A stretch of 63,861 nt of DNA, the filler included, from Platydemus manokwari (taxonomy: Eukaryota), in assembly GCA_037951405.1 (NCBI GenBank). It is 5 parts of 5 records of this genome, joined end to end, with 100 filler letters (N's around TTAATTAATTAA, not from the genome) between each part and the next. Parts side by side here need not be neighbours in the genome. Positions count along the whole stretch, not along the records: positions 51,087 to 63,861 come from JBBMOY011970267.1; 4 more parts are not named here. One strand, written 5' to 3'. Under the pieces are notes generated by a model that was not told the origin of the DNA, searched no databases, and worked only from the letters and a program-made list of their open reading frames with translations. Positions 52,703 through 63,861 of the stretch are shown in pieces. A program made the position numbers and the translations under genes. How positions within the stretch are numbered: position 1 is the stretch's first letter; each line of letters starts with the position of its first letter.

Positions 52703-53939
52703 TATATCTTCTAATATATTGATGCCTCTCACAATAAATAGCAACCATATCAGCTTTAAAATTTATTTTTACATTTCAAGCACACTGAAAAGAAATTATT
52801 GAAAGTTCTCCTCATATTAAAGTCAAACTAAATGATATTATATCGAAACTTATCATTTGTATCAATAATATCTCAATCAAAACAGGAATTGCAAATCGAT
52901 TCTAGCGGATCAAATCCGCAATTTAATCGTGTCATACAAACACGTACAACAAACAATGGTTTCAGCTCGAAATTTTTCATCCGTTTAGAATGAGATTTAT
53001 TGTTATTATTCATTTTATTTCCTCAACAAAAAAATCTGAATTATATTTATCAGGTTTACTGGCAAAATGTTTCTATCTGTCGAAAACTGATCCGACAAAA
53101 AATAAGAAAAAATAAGAAAAATTAAAGAGAACAATTCAAAATTAGAAAATTTTTTATAATCGAACATAACGTCTATTGACCCAGTCAATCATTTAAACAA
53201 ATAAATGGCAGAAAACAATGAAACAACTCTACATATCGATTTTTCATTAAAAAAATAAAATAAAATAAACATTTCTAAAATGGAACGAGTGCTGCTATTC
53301 TGTTTCAATCGTGTTTGCTTATCGACTTTTTATAAAATGGTAAACAAAATTGTTTTACTTTGCTAGATTTGAAATGTCAACTCTAAATATAAAATGTGAA
53401 CTAAAAATTGTAAAAAAAAAATAAAAATTAGTAAAAAATAATAAAAATATCTAAAAAGAAACTTACCGTAACCATGCCACTAAAATTTATTATCAATCAC
53501 CCCCTAGTCGTTGACAGCTATTGTGAATGAATTAGTATATTACCATTATGGATATTACCATATCCATGACAATTATTAATATTTATTTTTCAAGATCTTT
53601 ATTAGACGATCAGTTTACATCTCAACACCCTTATTAGCTCTGGCAATGATTGATTAAGAATTTATGATATCTAGTTTATGAGAAAATTTATTTGAAAATC
53701 TTCTTCCAGTCAAACAATCGATTTATAATCGCTCACAAAGATTTATTAACTAATTCAGTGCTCCTTGAAAAAACCCTAAAATATCAGTGGAGGAAGTGAA
53801 AAGAATACCTTTCTCATTATAAAATACTTGAAAATATTTTGTAAAAAATTTGATTTTAATCTACTGATGACAATTGTGAGTAACGTATTTTCAGATAAAT
53901 TTAACTATTAATTTATTCTTGATTCTCATTCCTGACAAG

Positions 53940-55260
53940 GCAAATTGCAAGGTAAAATATCGAATACCAATATTTTTTCATGGCGATTTCAATGCCAGCA
54001 AAGGAAACTTAATCGCTTTAAAGATGTTAACACAATAAATATTATTACACAAGTTGTGGAACCCCTCCAAGTACCATCTACTGGAATTCATTGGCATTTT
54101 ATGCACGAGATTCATTGTATCACAATAAATCCTGATAATTTTAAAAATTCAAATTCCCTTTGATTATTGATTGCTGGAAAAGCTTGTATGTATTCAATTT
54201 GAACCACGCCAAGATGTCAAACAATGGGAGAAATTGTAAATAAAACTGTCGCGAGGTGACGGTACATTTTGAAAAATCGTATGCTAAATCAATTCGTGTC
54301 AAGTTAATTTTTTCGTCAATTGATAGATATAAACCAAACGAAAGTGTTGATAAAAACGCCCATGACAAACATCATGGCAGTAAATACAAAGTCGGTGCAG
54401 TTGGTAATGCTGTAAATGAAATATGTGATACCGGATACACCTATGAATCACCACATTCTTAAAATGAACTTGGATCTCAAACGCTTTTACTTTCCTTGAT
54501 TCATTGGGCTTAATGACGATGCCCTCCATCGATGACGGAGTTTCTGCGAATAATTCGTACGAGGTCTTCAAATCAACGGAGAAAAATATTTGAATAGATT
54601 ATCTCAGGTTCTATCTAAATTGATTTTTTCATAACAACTATTTTAGTGATATTATGAAAGTCAAAATTGTAATCAAATGAAATCAATGGATAAACGCGAT
54701 GTCATTGTTTGAGCTGTCATTTTGGTACAAGTAGTTAATGCGACCTGTTTCTCTGGGACAACTGTCGACTGTTAATATTATCTACTTATAATAAAAACAT
54801 ACTTCAAATATTATAGGAGGCCAGTGTGTGCTCATGCATAAATGGGCTCTCGATGAACTTCTAGCGAGATGTTGCATTGATCGCAGAGATTGCCTAACTT
54901 AACATTATGTGATTTCTTATTTTCAGGTCAAATGAAAGAAATAGCGTATCAGAATCAACCTCAAACCTTGGCTAAACTTAAAAATTGAAATTACATAGAA
55001 CTTCAGGACGTTGACTAAAGACCGTGTAGATATACATGTTCTAATTGTTCTAGTGAAACGAATTTGTCTCTTTATTAATGATAATAGCGGATATCTCGAA
55101 AACATCTTGAGAGGCATTACTGAATTGAAATGACATCGATTTACACTGACCAAGTTTTGACCAATCGTGAATGCCAGTAAAATTCATCAATAAACAAACT
55201 CTTGAATGACGCAATTGATATGGCTTTCGATATTGACTATTTAGGATTACCAAACCGGTC
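53940..55260 (+). mobile_element. Heavily decayed non-LTR retrotransposon (LINE) relic
   Basis: APE motif FHGDFNA (GDFNA at 53982-53996) and an RT-like FINKQTLE...DYLGL (YLG 55238-55246) on the same strand; many stops. Confidence 0.35.
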
Positions 55261-55373
55261 CATGAAACCACATTAATTCTTGATATCAAATTTTATAAAT
55301 AATTAAAATATTACAACAAATATTGCTGCAATTATATTTTCAAAACAAAAAACAATGGCAAACAAAATTAAAC

Positions 55374-56112
55374 TCAAATAGGAAAACTCAAAATTACAAA
55401 GTTAATTTTGGGAAGTAAAGAATTGTTGACGAAGTTGAAAACAATTTGTTCGATTAAGAACTTTATCGCACCAAATATTTTCGATTTCAGCAGAGTAAAT
55501 ATGCCACTATTAGGAGGCGGTAAAACATCACTGAAATCTACATAAAACGATATCAGTCTAGCAGTGCGCTTTCTTTTCAGAGGCAGTGCTATTTTGATTG
55601 AAACTGTTACATCTTTTAATTTCCAAGCCAATGACCTGCTAAAAGTTTTGATCCAAATCGTACCATTTAATGTCGTTTTAAACGTCGGTCCCTTCATCGT
55701 TAAACACAATTCACTGATGATATCTTTCGTACTTGGTTCGACATAGAGTGTGATATGGCAGCCTCGATGAATCGATAACAATCCAGAAAGAGTCGGTGTA
55801 GCCAACGTGAAATGTTTTGTTTTCAAATTAGGTATTGATAGAGAATCGAAACCTGGCAGCAATCGACTCATAAACTGATCGAATATAGCGTCCAGTTGAT
55901 TTGAGCATGCGAATACTAAATTAATTAGTAAGTCAAATCAATAATAATAATTATAATGAATATAATAATATAAAAATCGATAAAATATAAATAAATAATT
56001 CTAAACCACGATCGATACTGATGACGGAAGAATCTGATAGGTTTTGACAAGCCACGTCAGCAATTAAAACAAGGAATAACGACGAAACAATGAAAAAACT
56101 CCTGACAAACAT
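55374..56112 (-). CDS. Secreted 215-aa protein, probable TULIP / group-7-allergen-like lipid-binding fold (paralogue A)
   Basis: Exon 1 56112-56007 encodes a signal peptide (MFVRSFFIVSSLFLVLIADVAC); exon 2 55915-55374. LDAIFD helix, SGLLSIHRGC motif, alternating beta pattern, long C-terminal amphipathic helix. Gene model supported by the paralogue; fold call is inference. Confidence 0.8.
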
Positions 56113-56160
56113 AGTATATAATGGTTACAAGAAATATAATTAAATACTTATATATGTGTT

Positions 56161-56256
56161 GACCACTTTCTGCATTTTGTGGTCGATTGAGATTAAAAAT
56201 ATCAAAAATACATTCTAATATGTAGTGGCAGGAAAAGAAGAGATAGGAAAATACTT
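56161..56256 (-). promoter_or_regulatory. Conserved upstream block of paralogue A
   Basis: Gapless 82/96 identity with 62359-62454, just upstream of a TATA-like element. Confidence 0.7.
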
Positions 56257-56599
56257 CTCTATCGATTAGCATAACTAATTAACGGCAGTAATTTTATAAA
56301 ACGACAACAGAGTTGAAAGATTTAAAATACAATGAGGATAAGTTTGAGTTAATTAATCGATAAGCTTCACATGGGTAAATAGTTTTTTGATTTGATCGAA
56401 CATATCTTTGGCAATTATATGAGTTGACCTTATAAAGGAGAATAGACTTAACACGTAAAATTTATATCATTAATGGATTCAAGAATTTTATGACTTTTAT
56501 ACTGCAAGAGATTTAAAATTGACGAATAAATTGAAAAACGAGAAGAAATCATTTGAATGTTGAAAGCGTTGTATGGCAAATGTTGAGCGAATAATCCAG

Positions 56600-57080
56600 C
56601 AGACTGAAACAATTCTCTAATGTGCGGTTAAATTGGTTTGAAAGCTCTAAATAAAAATGAAAATAATTTCAATAAAAAGTCGGCTATGTCACGCATTTGA
56701 GTAAAAATTCCGTCAGGAATATCTGCTAAAATCAATGAAAAATACTGGATTAATTAGGAATTGATAAACTTTTCCTTCGATGAGGTTTTGACGAAAAGGA
56801 AAATTAGTTTATTTAATCAAGAACCATTTTTGATATAAGATTCGAGCGATGCTCATTCAACAGAGAATGTAAACGAATTAGCAACGATATTATGCACGAC
56901 ATCATTTGGTTTCACGAATTTATTTAGATCTTTAGATATTTCTGTCGGCAAATCATTTGAAAATAAACAAATCACGATATGGAGTGGAAAAATATTAGCT
57001 AATTAATAGCTTTATCATTGGACAAAAGGTGACAAAATGAAAGAAATGTCTTATAGTTAAATATAGAGATTGATAATAAA
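56600..57080 (+). mobile_element. pogo/Tigger DDE transposase relic
   Basis: KIPSGISAKINEKYWIN..PFLI*DSSDAHSTENV..GFTNLFRSLDISVGKSF..WTKGDKMK follows the DDE_1 consensus (N.kgWm, LLvwDsf.aH, GlT..LQPLDv.VNkpFK); stops present. Confidence 0.75.
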
Positions 57081-59611
57081 TATTTACTGATTCTATAATA
57101 CCAGAATGTATGATTAAGGACTTCAGAAAGTGATGAATGAAGATATTAATTTAAACCAATAAAATCAATCAAATTAATAAAATGGGGAGGGGTGCACAGA
57201 GTACCAAACGAGGTTAATCAGTTTATTGGGTTTAAAGAATAATGAAGATATGAATGCGATCGATTAAAAATAAATATAAATCAGCTATGAATTGAAAACG
57301 TCATGAGCATGAAAAAATGGTGTTCGGGGATTGATTGGCATGAAATACAAAATCTAAGATAAAATGAACAAAAGATGGCAATTGCTTAAAATATTCCATT
57401 TTAGTTGGTGTTAATGATTTGATATGGTGTCGATTATTGAACGTCAAGTGAAGAAGACAACAATTTAAACAACACCGTGACAATGCCAGTAGGTTTCATT
57501 GATTATTACAAAAATAAATTTTGAAGAGAATGATTCTGATATTGAAGAATTTTAATAATAAGCCATTTGGAATTTTATAAAAATGTTTTATTTCGTGTTT
57601 GTGAGCATTTTTGAATGAAATTAGTTTTTTAATATTTAATTCAAAAATTTATAAAATTATATCAATTTGTTTCTATAATTTTATTTAAATAAATAATTTG
57701 GAGTGTTTTTCGATACGTGTTTTATAAAATAGTAGCCGCTCAAATGGCGACCACTCATATGGGTTCGGTTCTCAAGAAATCAATGCCATTGAAATTATGG
57801 AAGAGTAGGAGGAAGATATTGAGAATATTTAAAGAAAATATAAAGAAACTGTAGAGAAGATATAAAGGAGATACTAAAAAAGGATACAAAGAAGATTGAA
57901 GAATTAGAGATTTTTATGTAGATGAATATGTAGGGTATTCGATACAGAGCCGATTATGAATGCCAATAAAATCAAAGATTTTAAAGAAAGGAATCTGTGA
58001 AAATATTAAATTAAATTATTTTTTTTAAAAAATGCGTTTTTTATGAAGTGATAATTGCTTACAGTGATTACAACTATTTTTAAAATCAATTTATTTATTG
58101 GTTTCGTCCAACTGAGCAGTTATATTTCATGATGCATGTGTCAAATAAAATAAAGGATTTCATCCCCTCTAAATGAGAGATAACACGAATAACTTGTTAA
58201 TTAAAACTTATCCCATTTCAATCGTTACAAAATATCAATGATACGAGATGATTACATCGTTGAAACTCGGGAGAATGTTCATGAAAGAAAATGTGAGCGT
58301 TAAAAAAAATCAGGAAATCACAAATTTTTGAATGTTCGATCGAGTAATTTGACATCGCCTCTATTTTAAAGTTATAAAAGGTTTGGAAAATATATATAAC
58401 TCATTTCCTCATAAAATATAAATTTCATTTGCCTCAAACGGTACATAGAGTCCAGTGTGTCACAAATGTCAGCCGCTACCATATTATAATGCCCCCATTA
58501 AAAAAACGAACTGAAAAGTCACGACACCAAATTATCGATTTAGATACAATTATATAAAATTTGAGTTAAATATTTGCAAATTTCATTCAATCAATAATTT
58601 TCACAACAAAAAACTCGAAATTAAAATCGAAAACCATAAAATTAGTCCATTAAAGGGCATACACTCTGACAGGTAATAGACCCTTTCCTGGTATCCAATC
58701 AGTGGAATTTAAGTGAATACTCTCTTAGTGAACATTACTTGAATTAATAATCGATATTTTTGAAGACACAAAAACACTTTCTTATGTTTTTATTAAAAGT
58801 CTGGTTAAGTCTTGCCCAGTGAGTTCGGTTTTAGTTTTTCTCGATGTCAGGCTAATCAGATTTTCTAAAATATTTTTATTTATATTTCTGTGGGGGTAAA
58901 ATACTTATAATCTTTACTTTATTTAGGCGCTAATGGCAAAAAAAATTTATTTTCATTAATTTGAAATAACACTTGAAATAACATTTCAATAACGCATCGA
59001 TTATTTTCTAAAAGAGATATCAGCTGCCGTCCAATTTTTTGAAATTTACCCCTTTGAATTCATTCATTATAATTAGCCTTTGTTGACCTTTAAAATTGAT
59101 GTGCATACATTATATATCTTAAAATATCGAATAGAATTTCCTTCATAAACATCAAAGAAATAAATCTCAATTTGTTATTAATAGATTTCAGCGATCTCAT
59201 AACATTGAACTGGGATTTCTTTTTAGCTTTATCTGACTTAATTCCAGGTTATCGATTAAGGATGAATAGATTATGTATCACAATGTGTTATATTTGTTAG
59301 TTTTTATTGATATTTCTGATTTCAAATATTAAGAATCCTTAACCATGTCCACGTTCTCCTTCAATCAATTCAATCATAAAATTTAATTGTTTCTACCCTT
59401 TGCATATTTATGCCGACATCGTGACTGAATTCATAAGAATTCTTCGAAAGTAAGACAAATTTTGAAATCGTGTTTAAAATAAGAAAAATTCGAAATAAAA
59501 GTAGTTTTTTACATTTCATTTTCAGCTTAGGAGATGCATACATATTTCTCGCAATAAAAATTTCAAAGGATCTGATTATTTTGTGGCAATGATTTCGCGG
59601 CTAACATTAAA

Positions 59612-60205
59612 AACCAGGGTCCTAAAATGAAATTTTAAATTTGTTGAGTGTATTGCAAAAATCTGTATAGTTTATTTATTTATATTTTATAAAAACATTT
59701 TGAGTTTTATATTTAAGTACTTAAGAAGAATTTTAGTTGTTTAAAATCAAATATTAAATAAACTAGAGCTAAAAAAATCTCCTAAAATTTGACTTCTTGA
59801 AAAAATGAAAAAATTAGGTCGAATTGCAATTTATTGAAAATTAGCGAGGACTCTTTTTTTAACATTAAAAGCAAATTGAGAGATGCTCTTAATTTTTACA
59901 ATTATTTTATAAAAAAAGGCAATGATATTATTAAACATGTATGTAATTAACTAACTCGATTTTAATTATAGAGAATTAAATTTAAAAACTCAAATAATCA
60001 TATAGAAGTGTTGTGATTAGAATGGGAACTTGGTTTTAAAACTGTTTTGTCACTATTAGACATCTTAAAAAATGAGATTTTAACTGAATTATACGAATAA
60101 ATAAGCATGGAAGTTATATATAAAATTAAGTTATAAAATTTTCTCGTGCGCGAAAATTCATTATAACGAAAGTAGGTCAAAGGTCTCCATTTCTTATCTA
60201 AAGCC
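59612..60205 (-). mobile_element. Second, inverted and partial copy of the 11990-13067 element
   Basis: Reverse complement matches ~11990-12580 (e.g. TTGACCTACTTTCG, TTCTAATCACAACACTTCTATATGATTATTTGAG). Confidence 0.85.
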
Positions 60206-60334
60206 ACAAATTTAAATAATTTTAAAATGAATTATAACTTAATTTTTAAAATTTAAATTTAAGGGAGTTATTTGAAATTTTAATGAAGCGATTTTTAAAT
60301 AATTTAAATAAATATTTATATATGTGTGTGTTAC

Positions 60335-60782
60335 GGTTAAATTCTGAATAATCAAGTAGCTGCTGACTCCAAAAATCGAAGTTTGTAAGTTTCTTTCTAT
60401 CTCCCGTACTAATCAGTACCGCTCTAAAATTTAATACAATGTCCCAAGAATACGTAGCCAAAACTTGGCTTCTAACTGTCAGTTGACCATTTCTACATCT
60501 GCATTTATACTCGAGATTTTTGTATAATTTTTTGTGTTATGTTGCATCACATTTTGATCTTTGCTTTCCCATGTTTCTATTTGGCTTATTGGTTTTCATA
60601 TTTGCCGGATTGGTCAATCACTATATGTGTGCTGTTATGTGACTATGTCCCTTTTCCCGATTGTCGTTTTTCATCTAACTCAGCAGTGATTGGTTGATTA
60701 CCATGCCTGCATGGATGAAATTCTAAACAAGGGTTCCAATATGCAAATTCTTTTTTCTTTTGCAAGATTTCGTCTCAGTCAA
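60335..60782 (+). repeat. Dispersed ~500-bp repeat family, copy 3
   Basis: Homologous to 15263-15800. Confidence 0.85.
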
Positions 60783-60899
60783 CATATTCCTGATTATGAT
60801 AATTATTACGTAAAACTTTTAAAAGGATAATTCTAACGAATCTCTGAATATAAATGAGATAGCTACCACTAGTACAATGCATGAGATTTTTGGTACAAA

Positions 60900-61145
60900 C
60901 CAGATAGTTTAACTGGTTTTCACTGACTTGGATAAAATTCAAAAATATTTCGATAATGCTGATTCAAACTCTCCATAACTGGACCACATAAAACTCTCAA
61001 CAACTTCACTCATTATATTTTGTACTATTAAAAGGATAACTCTGTCTTCTCTTTCATATTCATTGTCAACTAGTAATACTTTCAAGTATTTCTTGTTAGT
61101 CACAGCATTTTTGGTTTTATCCAAAAATTTCCTGGCATGTCTCAT
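60900..61145 (-). mobile_element. Mutator (MULE) transposase relic
   Basis: LLVDNEYEREDRVILL..NIMSEVVESFMWSSYGEFESA resembles the MULE FLl.D...RiliF..nL..L..s..W..DGTF segment; catalytic Asp lost. Confidence 0.45.
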
Positions 61146-61407
61146 TCATTTTTCCTCTTATTTATCACTAAAAAATCTGACATATTTAAAATAATATTTA
61201 TAGTTTATTGATTTAATTTCATGATAGCCCTAAAAGTGTCAGATATATTCATAGAGTTGAGGGACACAAAGTGTTCGTCTATCGCGCTCATATAAGATTA
61301 AGTTATTAACATAAAATAGGTAACGGTATTCCAAATTACCTAATAAATTAAGGAAGGCAAATAAATGAAACGATAAACAATTATATTTTTATTTTCATAA
61401 AATGCCT

Positions 61408-62317
61408 TTAAAAAGGAAGAGCTAAAAGAACAAGGTTAGCAGATGGGAGTACAGCCAAGTCTATCATGGTGATAATGCTTTTCTCGATTAAAACAGAGAA
61501 TGTACTCATGAAATTAGCTTTTGGAAATGAAAACATTCCACCTTTTGTTTCTTCTATCCCTCTACCGAGGTCGATTTTGAACTTTAACAGCTTTATTTTG
61601 CGAAATCTTTTCAAAGGAAATGCCAATTTTACCGAAACTTTCACATCCCTCAATTTGAAAGCCAAAGTCTTGTCAAAAGATTTGAACATAAAGCTTCCAA
61701 CAACATTGGTTTTAAATGATGCTCCTTTCAAAGTTGCACAAATTTCAATAATGAGATCCTTGGTGATTGGTTCGAGATCGATTGTGATATTGCAACTCCG
61801 TTCGACTGATAATGCCCCGGAAATAGTTGGCGATACCAATGACATCAGTGGCATGGAAACATTGGGCAATGACAAGGATTGAAATTTTAACAGCAATCTG
61901 GACATAATCTCATCGAATATTGCATCCAGATGAATAGAACATGGTAGCGCTACTCGTGAAATATAAATCAAAGATTACTTAAATAGATTGAGAATATATG
62001 TCTAAAAATTCGATATGATATGGATAATAAATTGTATACGTCACAGTTTTTATATCCCGATATATGGGATGATACTGAAGCGATAAAATAAAAAATACAA
62101 TATATATTTATAGATTGTTTTAATGAATTGATCGAATATAATAATAATTGATTTTAATATTGAATAAATTAATAGATATTTTATAAAAATCGATATTATG
62201 TATTAATAAACTCGTACCGTGATGAATTCTTGGGTGTTCGGAGAAGTTCTGGCAAGCCGCATCATCAATTAAAGCAAAGAATAACGACAAAACAATAAAA
62301 CAAATCCTGGTTAACAT
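61408..62317 (-). CDS. Secreted 213-aa protein, probable TULIP / group-7-allergen-like fold (paralogue B)
   Basis: Exon 1 62317-62218 (signal peptide MLTRICFIVLSLFFALIDDAAC); exon 2 61949-61408, same 542-nt length and phase as paralogue A; gapless alignment, ~43% identity, three shared Cys in exon 2. Confidence 0.8.
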
Positions 62318-62358
62318 CGCTTTTAATGGCTAAAAAAATTGATATTTATATTAGAGTT

Positions 62359-62454
62359 GACCACTCTCTGTATTTTGTAGCCGATTGATATTAAAAATAT
62401 CAGAAATACATTCTAACATATCATGGCAGAACAATAAGAGCTAGGAAAATACTT
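62359..62454 (-). promoter_or_regulatory. Conserved upstream block of paralogue B
   Basis: 82/96 identity to 56161-56256; TATAAATA on the minus strand at ~62343-62350. Confidence 0.7.
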
Positions 62455-63299
62455 ATCGATCGATCGGCATAACTAATTAAGAAGAACAATTTTATAAAGC
62501 ATTGCTGAAGGATTTGAAAAAAAATAAAGATATTTATTGAATAAATCAATCGATAAAATCTATTTGGAACTTTTTTTTAATAGGATTCCATCAGGAATGT
62601 GATATTGTTATTATTCCTTTATTGATTACACGATCATATTGATTTTCATTAATCTCATGCAATAAAACAATTAGTAGAAGGCAAGCGCCACCGATTCAGT
62701 GTGGCATTTTTTATCAAAATCAAAGATTTGAGATTACCAAGTACGGCAAACTAAGATTCAAGACCTTGTCAAATCCAACATGTGGCAAAGAATTCGTTAA
62801 ATCTTCTGAAAATTTAAATCCATATTTTGATTTTGATCTTATCATTTCGTTATCATGAGTTTGTCCATTCGCTGCTAAAACATAGTTACGTTGAAAGAGA
62901 ATATTGCCTGAGTTTAATGAAAGAAGAATCAAATCACTGATCAGTTGATGTCAGTCGTATATCATTGGTCATGTTTTATCGACGCAATAAATATTGGTAT
63001 GCTTAGATTACACAAGGCACAAAAATGGGAACAATTAACCATTCCGAACGCACAAAAATACTAAGATATAATTGAAGACAAGAAAATCATCACTAATGGG
63101 AATAGTCGATATTTAGAGAAGGATTTACATCAGAATCAAATTCGATTTATTTGACCATTCTCAGACAATATTTGGAAACAGCATTCAATCTGAAACCACC
63201 GATTTTAATCGAATTTTACTGTTAATTTTAATCATAATCGACGGTTCACCTCTGCTGATATACTTAGATATGTACAGGTCAACTACTTCATATCTCTTT

Positions 63300-63861
63300 T
63301 CTTATTTTTTGATTAAATGTAGCTGATATTCGGTTGTTAAACGACACCAGTGATAATGTTTATTTGGAGATCTAGATTCATTATAGTTAAGTCATAAGCA
63401 CATTCCGTCATAAGCACTAGCTTGCTGAATCTGTCGATAATCACTACTAGATATTTCTTGTTACTATGCATCGCGTCCATTTGTGCAATGCTCACTACGA
63501 TTTGCTCTTGAAACGCAGACCCTAACAGAGGGAGCAGAAACTCCTTAGTTCTCGATTGATCAATCTTTCTCTTTGCACATATCAAACATTCTTTCAGTAT
63601 CTTTTTGATGATGTTGAACATGTCTGGCCAATAAAAACCGTCGTTCAAATATGCGAAGGTTTTCTTTGAGCCTTAGTGGCAGAGCTCCTCGTGAATTGTC
63701 TTGACAAATTGAGCGGCAAAATCTTTTGGTATTATAGCAGCTAAACCTTTCTCTTTCTCCAGCATCAGCATATTGTCGATCACCTTCAGCTTATCTTTTA
63801 TTCTCGAAAGTGAATGTTTATTCCAGAATTCCGCGCTAGTTAGAGTTATTTCACCATTTAG
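63300..63861 (-). mobile_element. Ty3/Gypsy integrase relic (runs off the window end)
   Basis: IHEELCH*GSKKT..FYWPDMF..LKECLICAKRK (HHCC zinc finger) then YLVVIIDRFSK (rve core); stop codon and deletion. Confidence 0.85.

Noticed and set aside
57360-57450. KDGNCLKYS, OTU-protease-like motif
   Set aside because: Single short motif without an ORF; at most transposon debris.
61950-61955. Apparent non-canonical GAG acceptor in paralogue B
   Set aside because: The adjacent TAG acceptor gives exactly the same exon length as paralogue A.
1-63861. CRISPR arrays, rRNA, tRNA, snRNA or SL RNA genes
   Set aside because: No repeat-spacer array or recognisable structural-RNA signature seen by eye; an Infernal/Rfam scan would be needed to exclude small RNAs.

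Overview
This is AT-rich eukaryotic (animal) genomic DNA, most likely a ciliated invertebrate such as a spiralian or flatworm, but the taxon cannot be fixed from sequence alone. It consists of five contigs joined by artificial 100-nt spacers (N44-TTAATTAATTAA-N44). Genes have many short GT-AG introns, mostly 40-55 nt, so the ORF track fragments them. Hand-splicing recovers: a partial multi-PLAT LOXHD1 orthologue (+); a tightly linked INTS13 (asunder) to WDR82 pair (-) only 95 nt apart; an MPLKIP/TTDN1-like gene (+); SRSF1 (-) with a 3'UTR intron; COG6 (+); two paralogous secreted ~215-aa proteins of probable TULIP/group-7-allergen-like fold (-); and exons of an unidentified low-complexity gene in contig 1. 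Intergenic DNA holds many decayed elements: mariner, pogo, hAT MITEs, MULE, LINE, Gypsy, a Maverick/Polinton relic and two dispersed repeat families. The most interesting signals are the operon-like INTS13-WDR82 junction, a hairpin enclosing the 5' splice site of the SRSF1 3'UTR intron, RFX X-boxes in three consecutive COG6 introns, a steep 5'-to-3' GC gradient inside housekeeping genes, and a paralogue pair whose promoters are more conserved than their proteins. All homology calls rest on motif recognition by eye; no database search was run.
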